Assembly: GCA_913020725.1 (NCBI GenBank)
Contig: CAJWCD010000101.1
Coordinates: forward strand, 1-13,871
DNA: 13,871 bases
Direction of reading: 5' to 3'
Source: an uncultured Pseudomonadota bacterium
Lineage (GTDB): Bacteria; SAR324; NAC60-12
The notes under the pieces were generated by a model that was not told where the DNA came from, searched no databases, and was given only the letters and a program-made list of their open reading frames with translations. This document shows, piece by piece, positions 1 through 6,167 of this stretch (the stretch's first letter is position 1; each line of letters opens with the position of its first letter). The translations under genes were made by a program, and so were the position numbers.

Positions 1-223
1 TGTCTCCTCTTCATAAGGGGAAAAACACCTTAACTCATTGTCTCAAAAATGTGGGTAGCGCCAGCCTCTCTTCATCAGACGGTGAGTTGCACTTACGAGT
101 TGAATCCGCGATCGAACACAGCAAACCCTTTCCTTTGCTAGCTGCGCTTGTGTTGCTATTCTATCTGCTGATCATTCGGCTCCGAAATTCTATTCTAAAA
201 ACTATCCTCCATTGAATACTCAC

Positions 224-1045
224 ATGGCGGACGAGACCCCCACTATCAAGTTCGCCGAGTGGCGTCCTATCGGGGTTTGTGACAACGGGCCTCCGAACCA
301 GCGCAAGGCGCAGCTTTTCAGCAAGCCGGATTTTGCCATCGTCACTGCACCGGGCGTCACCCGCGAGAACTGGCGACAGCATCCTGAGGTGCTGAAACTG
401 ATCCGGCGCTACGCGCAGGATGTCGCTAAACTCTCTGGAGAAGCGCAAGCGATGAAACGTCCGGAGATCGACACAATCCACCTTGTCGGCACGATTCTCG
501 GCCACACCCGCACTCCCACAGCAAATGCGGAATCGACGGAGGGCCGGGTGCAGTTGTTCGAGGTGAAGTTCAAGGATGCCCGAGCGGACAAGAACCCCCG
601 GAAACGGCGCTGGTGGTTCTGGCTGGTAGGTGCGATTTCCACGGTGTTGCTGTTGGGGTGGACGATTTCACAACTCAGCCTGCCGTTGAAATTGGGATCA
701 ACCACCGTCAAGCCGACGGTGGGAATGCGCCAAATCTGCATTCCGGGGCAAGGCGATTCCTTTGCGGAACTTCAGGCACTGCGGCGTCCAGTCTTGCAGT
801 TCCTGAAAACCCTGCCGAATTGGAGTTCGCTGTCGCAAATCCGCAGGGTCTGCGGCTCCGGATTCAGGAGTTTGCAGGATCAACAACAACGCACGGTACG
901 CTGCGTGGTGGCGGTCAACCGGGAAGTGCCAGAACTGAACCGATCCGGAAAAGCGGGATTCGCCAAGCTCCGGAGTTGTGCGGACAACCTCTGTCAATCT
1001 GGGTTTGCCGGGCTTGGGCCTTACTGCCCGCAGCTTGGGCGGTGA
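224..1045 (+). CDS. Hypothetical single-pass membrane protein with a Cys-rich C-terminal domain
   Basis: Longest ORF in the region (track 212..1045 from TTG; ATG at 224 preferred, MADETPTIK). Basic patch KNPRKRR is followed by hydrophobic WWFWLVGAISTVLLLGWTI (likely TM helix), then a domain with 6 Cys. No family recognised. Confidence 0.65.
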   Translation: MADETPTIKFAEWRPIGVCDNGPPNQRKAQLFSKPDFAIVTAPGVTRENWRQHPEVLKLIRRYAQDVAKLSGEAQAMKRPEIDTIHLVGTILGHTRTPTANAESTEGRVQLFEVKFKDARADKNPRKRRWWFWLVGAISTVLLLGWTISQLSLPLKLGSTTVKPTVGMRQICIPGQGDSFAELQALRRPVLQFLKTLPNWSSLSQIRRVCGSGFRSLQDQQQRTVRCVVAVNREVPELNRSGKAGFAKLRSCADNLCQSGFAGLGPYCPQLGR

Positions 1046-1052
1046 CGAACAA

Positions 1053-1979
1053 CTAAGCCGATTTCCGTAAACCAGCGGCAGCTTCCGGGATTTCCTTCAT
1101 TTCAACTCCAAGGCGTGCGAGGAAATCCGGGAGCGATTCCCGCACTTGCCGCACGTCGTTGTGGTCCTTGAAGACGATGCCGAGTGTTTCCGAGACAATT
1201 TCCGGGTCAAGGTGGTTCTGGTGCAGCACCACCAGCGAACGTCCCCAGTCAAGGGTTTCGGACACTCCCGGAACCTTTTCCAGTTTCTGCTGGCGGATCA
1301 GTTCCATGAAACGGCAGATTTGCTCGGCGAGGGTGGTGTCGATATTTGGAACCTTGTTGCGGACGATAGCGAGTTCCTTCTCGTAGTCCGGATAGTCGAT
1401 CCAGAGATAGAAACAGCGGCGGCGCACCGCATCGGAAAGCTCGCGGGTGCGGTTGCCCGTGAGAATGACATAGGGCGGATTGTCGGTCTTGATGCTGCCA
1501 ATCTCCGGAATCGTGATCTGCCACTCGGAGAGGATTTCGAGCAGGAAGGCCTCGAACTCCTCGTCGGCGCGGTCCAGTTCGTCAATCAACAAAACCGGTG
1601 CTTGCGGATGCGTGAGCGCTTGCAGCAAGGGGCGCTTGAGCAGAAACGCTTCACTGAAAATGTGCGACTCGCGTTCCTCTAGAGAACGAGTGCTGTGTTC
1701 GTCCATCTTGAGATGCAGCAACTGGCGCTGGTAGTTCCATTCGTAAAGCGCCATGTTCGCGTCCAAGCCCTCGTAGCACTGGAGCCGGATCAAATCCGTT
1801 TCAAGGGCCTGTGCCATCACCTTGGCGATTTCCGTTTTCCCAACCCCTGCCGGACCTTCGATCAAGAGCGGCTTGCGTAGCGTTATCGCCAGATAAACCG
1901 ATATGACGATGCTGCGGTCGGCGATATAGCCCTGCTGCTCCAAGAGGCGTTGGATGCGCTCAAGTTCAGTGTTTTGCAT
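1053..1979 (-). CDS. coxD: MoxR-family AAA+ ATPase, CoxD-like CO dehydrogenase maturation chaperone
   Basis: Walker A GPAGVGKT, LIRLQCYEGLD...ALYEWNY motif typical of CoxD-like MoxR proteins, Walker B LLIDELD followed by RADEEFEAFLLE, and AVRRRC. Last gene of the cox operon. Confidence 0.9.
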   Translation of the reverse strand: MQNTELERIQRLLEQQGYIADRSIVISVYLAITLRKPLLIEGPAGVGKTEIAKVMAQALETDLIRLQCYEGLDANMALYEWNYQRQLLHLKMDEHSTRSLEERESHIFSEAFLLKRPLLQALTHPQAPVLLIDELDRADEEFEAFLLEILSEWQITIPEIGSIKTDNPPYVILTGNRTRELSDAVRRRCFYLWIDYPDYEKELAIVRNKVPNIDTTLAEQICRFMELIRQQKLEKVPGVSETLDWGRSLVVLHQNHLDPEIVSETLGIVFKDHNDVRQVRESLPDFLARLGVEMKEIPEAAAGLRKSA

Positions 1980-1998
1980 AACAAATTGGCTTGGACTT

Positions 1999-2427
1999 TC
2001 AGGTTGTCGTTTCGGAGTTTTTCAGGCATCCCTCGAGCGCATTCCACGCGAGCAGGGCGCATTTGACACGGCTTTTGTGCTTACGGATTTCCAGTAACGG
2101 ACGCAGGCTTGCGATGGCATCGGACGACAATTCTCCAGAAGACATCGCTTCCCGGAACAGAGTGCCATACGTTGTGGCCTGAGACAACGAAACCCCTTGG
2201 ATCAGTTCTCCCATCATCGAAGCAGAAGCCACGCAGACCGAGCAGCCCCGCACTTGGGCACGGGCTTCCCGGATACAGTCGCCAGTAAGGGCGAGAGTCA
2301 GTTCTAACTCGTCCCCACAAAGAGGGTTGTACGCAGAGGCAGTGCGGTCGGCAGGCTCGACTTTTCCCGCAAAACGCGGGTGGCGCATGTGGTCGAGCAA
2401 GAGGTCTCGGTAAAGCGATTCGCTCAC
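1999..2427 (-). CDS. sufU: SufU/IscU-family Fe-S scaffold / sulfur-acceptor protein (SufU type)
   Basis: LYRDLLLDH..HPR N-terminus, NPLCGD, GCSVCVASASMM and RVKCALLAW. It has the extended spacer before the third Cys and lacks the IscU LPPVK motif, as in SufU. GTG start overlaps the sufS stop (GTGA, 2424-2427). Confidence 0.88.
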   Translation of the reverse strand: MSESLYRDLLLDHMRHPRFAGKVEPADRTASAYNPLCGDELELTLALTGDCIREARAQVRGCSVCVASASMMGELIQGVSLSQATTYGTLFREAMSSGELSSDAIASLRPLLEIRKHKSRVKCALLAWNALEGCLKNSETTT

Positions 2428-3668
2428 AGGAACAGCCTCCGGACCTCGGCGAGTGCGTCAACAGCGCGGTGGATTTCACTCACAGTGTTGTAAACGCCAA
2501 AGCTCATGCGCACCGTCGCGCCCACGCCCAACCGTTCGTGCAGCACTTGGGCGCAGTGGTGTCCGGCGCGAACGGCGATTCCAGATTCGTCCAACACCTG
2601 CGCCACATCGTGAGGATGCACCCCAGCAAGTGCAAACGACACCAGCCCCGTGCGCTCGGTGGCATGGTGTGGCCCGAAAACCGTCACCTCCGGTTCCTCC
2701 AACAAGCGTCCCAAGGCGAGGTCCGTGAGGGTTCGCTCATGTTCCCGGATTTCCGCAACCCCCCAGCGTTCGACATAATCCAGTGCGGCGTGCAGCCCCA
2801 CCGCCTCGGCGATGGGCGGGGTTCCGGCCTCGAACTTCGCAGGCACCTCGCCCCACGTCGAGTACTCGCGTTCCACCTTGGCGATCATCCCGCCGCCACC
2901 CTGCCACGGTTCCATTGCGTCAAGGTGTTTGGACTTTGCGTACAACACCCCAATTCCGGTGGGGCCGTAAATCTTGTGTCCGGAAAAGGCGAGGAAATCG
3001 CAATCGAGTTCCTGCACATCCACCGGAATCCGTCCCGCCGCTTGCGCCGCGTCCACCAACACCGGAACTCCGTGGTCGTGTGCCGTGGCGATGATCTCCC
3101 GAAGCGGATTGATGGTGCCAAGGACGTTGGAAACGAGCGTGATCGCCAACAATTTGGGCGACTGCGTCAGTTGGCTTGCAAGCTGGTCGAGGTCGAGGTG
3201 TCCGGCCGGAGTGACGGCAACGTAATCCAGCTTTGCTCCGGTTGCCTGTACGGCGAGTTGCCACGGCACGAGGTTGGAGTGATGCTCCATCTCGGTGAGC
3301 AGCAGGCGGTCTCCGGATTGCAAGCGGGGCCGCGCCCACGACTGTGCCACGAGGTTGATGGCTTCCGTCGTGCCTCGTGTGAAGATGATTTGCCGTGGGT
3401 CCGGAGCGTTGAGGAACTGAGTCACGCGCACTCGTGCTTGCTCGTAAAGCTCCGATGCTTGCTCGGAAAGCGCGTAAACACCGCGATGGATGTTGGCGTT
3501 GGAGGTTTCGTAAAAGCGAGTGAGCGTGTCGAGGACTGTCCGAGGTTTCTGGGTGGTCGCTGCGTTGTCGAGGTAAGCGAGTGGATGGCCATTACTGGTG
3601 CGAGCGAGGATCGGGAAGTCCTGCCGAAGCGATTTCGGAAGCGGGGTCATCGGAAAAGCAGCAGGCAT
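2424..3668 (-). CDS. sufS: Group II PLP-dependent cysteine desulfurase (SufS/CsdA family)
   Basis: YLDNAATTQKP, MEHHSN, PLP lysine motif SGHKIYGPTG, FEAGTP, and catalytic group II motif RAGHHCA (2550-2570). ATG overlaps the upstream stop (TGATG, 3666-3670). Confidence 0.95.
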   Translation of the reverse strand: MPAAFPMTPLPKSLRQDFPILARTSNGHPLAYLDNAATTQKPRTVLDTLTRFYETSNANIHRGVYALSEQASELYEQARVRVTQFLNAPDPRQIIFTRGTTEAINLVAQSWARPRLQSGDRLLLTEMEHHSNLVPWQLAVQATGAKLDYVAVTPAGHLDLDQLASQLTQSPKLLAITLVSNVLGTINPLREIIATAHDHGVPVLVDAAQAAGRIPVDVQELDCDFLAFSGHKIYGPTGIGVLYAKSKHLDAMEPWQGGGGMIAKVEREYSTWGEVPAKFEAGTPPIAEAVGLHAALDYVERWGVAEIREHERTLTDLALGRLLEEPEVTVFGPHHATERTGLVSFALAGVHPHDVAQVLDESGIAVRAGHHCAQVLHERLGVGATVRMSFGVYNTVSEIHRAVDALAEVRRLFL

Positions 3669-4474
3669 CAGCAGGTGGGCGCCTGCACCTGTTTGTTAGT
3701 CATCAACACCCCGCCGCTACCACCACGACGGCGCTGCACGATTTCGCTGATGACGCTCAGGGCGATTTCTTCCGGAGTCGTGCCGCCCAAGTCCAACCCG
3801 CACGGGGCGTGAACGCGCTGGAGTTCGCCCGCCTTCACTCCTTCGTCCAGCAGGTACTCGAACACGAGCCGCGAGCGCTTGGTGCTGGCGACGAGGCCGA
3901 TGTACGCGCTGTTGCCCTCCAACGCCTTTTTGATCGAATGCTGGTCGCCCTTGTGCTGCGTGACGACCACAACGTAGGAATTCGGACTCACCTCAAGCTG
4001 GCTGTAGTCCGGATCGGAAGTCACCAGCCGTTCGGCGTGGGGGAAGCTCTCGCGGGTTGCGCCTGCGTCGTTGACCGTGACCGAGAAATGCAGCATGTGT
4101 CCCAACTCCGCCAGCACCTCGGCGATGCGCCCGTGTCCGACGATCAGCAGCTCCGGACGCGGCAGGAACGGCTCGACATAGACCTCCATCGTCCCGCCGC
4201 AAGGCATCCCCACGCCCAGCACCTCGTCGTCGAGGTCGAGCGGCACGATGCAGGTCTGCCGATCCTTGAGGCATTCCAGCGCCGCTTCCCGCACCGCGCT
4301 TTCCGCGCAACCGCCGCCGACCCAACCGAACACCGTCTCGCCCTGCGCGTTGATGATGGACTTCGCCCCCGGTTTGGCGGAAACCGATCCCGTGATCTTG
4401 ATCACCGTCGCCACCGCAAACGACACTTCGAGGCGGTTCAACTCATTCAGCTTCTCAAAGAATTCGGCGGACAT
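3668..4474 (-). CDS. xdhC: XdhC/CoxF/CoxI-family molybdenum-cofactor chaperone (paralog 2)
   Basis: GSVSAKPGAK, GWVGGGCAE, MPCGGTMEVYVEP, Rossmann-like LLIVGHG, YIGLVAS, HAPCGLDLGGTTPEEIALSVISEI. ATG at 4474 (MSAEFFEK) is preferred to the track GTG at 4516, which lies inside a palindrome. Confidence 0.9.
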   Translation of the reverse strand: MSAEFFEKLNELNRLEVSFAVATVIKITGSVSAKPGAKSIINAQGETVFGWVGGGCAESAVREAALECLKDRQTCIVPLDLDDEVLGVGMPCGGTMEVYVEPFLPRPELLIVGHGRIAEVLAELGHMLHFSVTVNDAGATRESFPHAERLVTSDPDYSQLEVSPNSYVVVVTQHKGDQHSIKKALEGNSAYIGLVASTKRSRLVFEYLLDEGVKAGELQRVHAPCGLDLGGTTPEEIALSVISEIVQRRRGGSGGVLMTNKQVQAPTC

Positions 4475-4506
4475 GCTTTTGGTCTGTTTTGGGGGCGTCG
4501 GTCTTT

Positions 4507-4532
4507 GGGCAGACACGCAGGTCTGCCCCTAC
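4507..4532 (-). repeat. GTAG-type REP-like palindrome
   Basis: Minus strand reads GTAG-GGGCAGAC-CTGCGT-GTCTGCCC: a GTAG tetranucleotide followed by a perfect 8-bp GC-rich stem, the architecture of GTAG-family REP elements. Only one copy in this window. Confidence 0.65.
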
Positions 4533-5134
4533 ACACCCTGAGATCGGATTTGCCTGCCGTACTGCTCCGGCGTGTCAATGTCCCGCAGCACATGATCGGT
4601 GGCCATCTCCAGTTCCCGGACGTGTTCGGGGTGCTGCTTGATGAGTCCCCGGCAGCCTTCCAGCTTCTCGTGCGCAAGCAACAACTGCCGATACTCCGAC
4701 GAGAACAGCACCGGATTCCCCGGACATCCCTGATGCACCGGGCGTACAATGGCGTGGTCGTCCTCTACTCGTGCTTTCCGGAAGGCGTTTAACAAGTAAT
4801 TGTAGTCGCTTGGCTCCACAAAGGGCAAATCGGAAAGGCAGATCATGAACCCTTCCGACTGTGGGGAGGCCATCCGGACGCCCGCACGGATCGAGGTCGT
4901 CATGCCCTGTGCGAAATCCGGATTTTCCACGATCCGGAACGGACGATCCGGCAATGTCGCCCGCACTTGTTCGGCCTCGTGTCCAAGCACCACCACCACC
5001 TCGCCTGCATCCGAATCGCAGAGGGCGGTCACGACTTGTCCGAGCAGGGTGTTGTTGCGGAAGGGCAGGAGCAGCTTGTTCTGCTCTCCCATGCGCCGGG
5101 ATGCTCCGGCGGCGAGCAGGATCGCTGAGATCAC
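4529..5134 (-). CDS. mocA: Molybdenum cofactor cytidylyltransferase (MocA-like NTP transferase, makes MCD)
   Basis: ILLAAGASRRMG, NPDFAQGMTTSIRAG, LSDLP, GNPVLF and DIDTPE motifs, in an operon for an MCD-dependent enzyme. GTG start overlaps the upstream stop (GTGA, 5131-5134). Confidence 0.87.
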   Translation of the reverse strand: MISAILLAAGASRRMGEQNKLLLPFRNNTLLGQVVTALCDSDAGEVVVVLGHEAEQVRATLPDRPFRIVENPDFAQGMTTSIRAGVRMASPQSEGFMICLSDLPFVEPSDYNYLLNAFRKARVEDDHAIVRPVHQGCPGNPVLFSSEYRQLLLAHEKLEGCRGLIKQHPEHVRELEMATDHVLRDIDTPEQYGRQIRSQGV

Positions 5135-6096
5135 GGAATGCTGGTGAGGTAACGCTCCGGTTCTGTTTCAAAACGTGTTCGACACCGAGCACAACAAAAA
5201 TAAAAGACCGTCTCTCCATGTTTGGCCACATGCTTTGACGAGCCAACCACCACCGACATTCCGCAGACAGGATCAACCGTTTCTGTTAAGATCTTTGTCT
5301 CTGTTGGGGTATCGCCCGCTAAAATCCCAGATGTTGAGTTGCGGTGAAACTGTATGATTTCTGCGAGAATACTGACCGCAATCTCTCCGGGAGTTTTGGC
5401 TTGGAGGTCAAGCCCGGCGGGTGTACGCAGAGCATTCAAGCGGTTACTAGAAATGCCCTCACGCCTTAAATAATCCTTGAGTGCCTTTGCTTTTTTCTGA
5501 CTACCCACAAACGCGACATAGCTCACCTTCGTCTGCAAAGCTGCTTTCAGGGCAAGTTCATCATCTGCGCCTTGGGTGCTGACCAGCACAAAGCATGGAT
5601 CCGCAAGTGGAAGTTGGCTAAGGTCGTTTTCTGGAAACTTAAACTGGGCTCCTGCGAGTTCCACTCCTTCTGAAATCGCCACGCTGTAGCCGATTTCTTG
5701 CGCAAGTCGGGCAACGCTCTGGCCCACTGGTGAGTGACCTAAGATCACCACCAATGGATTCGGCAACACAGGCTCAATGTAGATGTCCAAGGTGCCTCCA
5801 CTGTGGCAGGTCATGGGATACTGCGCGAAATCACGAATGGGTTGTACCGCTCCGGATGGGGAGATTGCAACCAAGCGGGGTTCACCTTCTTGAAGTGCCT
5901 GAAGTGCTTCCTTGACCACCACCGGGTGGGTGCATCCGCCGCCAATCCAGCCGTGTATCGCACCGTCCTGACAGATGATCATCTTGTCTCCAGGCTTACT
6001 CGAAATTGGCTTTCCATGCCGAATTACGATCGCATGAGCATAAGCCTCGCGGCGCTCTCGTAGCATCAGAGACTGCTTCAGAAACTCGTCAATCAT
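5131..6096 (-). CDS. xdhC: XdhC/CoxF-family chaperone fused to a C-terminal YHS/TRASH metal-binding domain (paralog 1)
   Basis: SSKPGDK, GWIGGGC, MTCHSGGTLDIYIEP, YVAFVGS, TPAGLDLQAKTPGEIAVSILAEII; C-terminal DPVCGM...FYFCCARCRTRF..EPERY. ATG at 6096 (MIDEFLKQ) is preferred; the track start at 6204 overlaps coxL. Confidence 0.88.
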   Translation of the reverse strand: MIDEFLKQSLMLRERREAYAHAIVIRHGKPISSKPGDKMIICQDGAIHGWIGGGCTHPVVVKEALQALQEGEPRLVAISPSGAVQPIRDFAQYPMTCHSGGTLDIYIEPVLPNPLVVILGHSPVGQSVARLAQEIGYSVAISEGVELAGAQFKFPENDLSQLPLADPCFVLVSTQGADDELALKAALQTKVSYVAFVGSQKKAKALKDYLRREGISSNRLNALRTPAGLDLQAKTPGEIAVSILAEIIQFHRNSTSGILAGDTPTETKILTETVDPVCGMSVVVGSSKHVAKHGETVFYFCCARCRTRFETEPERYLTSIP

Positions 6097-6124
6097 CGGG
6101 ATGGATTCGGTCGGCAAAGTTGTG

Positions 6125-6149
6125 CGGAGACGGCATAAATCCGTCTCCG
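6125..6149. repeat. Intercistronic perfect 9-bp inverted repeat after coxL
   Basis: CGGAGACGG (6125-6133) - CATAAAT - CCGTCTCCG (6141-6149). No U-tract on either strand. Confidence 0.7.
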
Positions 6150-6167
6150 ATGACAGAATTCTGCGAG

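Noticed and set aside
1..31. Possible minus-strand gene start at 14 (MKRR...)
   Set aside because: Only four codons are visible and the SD is weak, so it cannot be supported.
1081..1134. Imperfect inverted repeat in the coxD 3' end as a terminator for the convergent gene
   Set aside because: 25-nt loop, mismatches, no U-tract, and it lies within coding sequence.
1999..3668. Housekeeping SUF operon interpretation
   Set aside because: No sufB, sufC or sufD in the window, and the pair is embedded between cox maturation genes. A housekeeping role cannot be fully excluded without the whole genome.
2469..3812. 447-aa plus-strand ORF
   Set aside because: Antisense shadow of sufS in GC-rich sequence, with no recognisable motifs.
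3581..4792. 403-aa plus-strand ORF
   Set aside because: Antisense shadow of xdhC and mocA, with no recognisable motifs.
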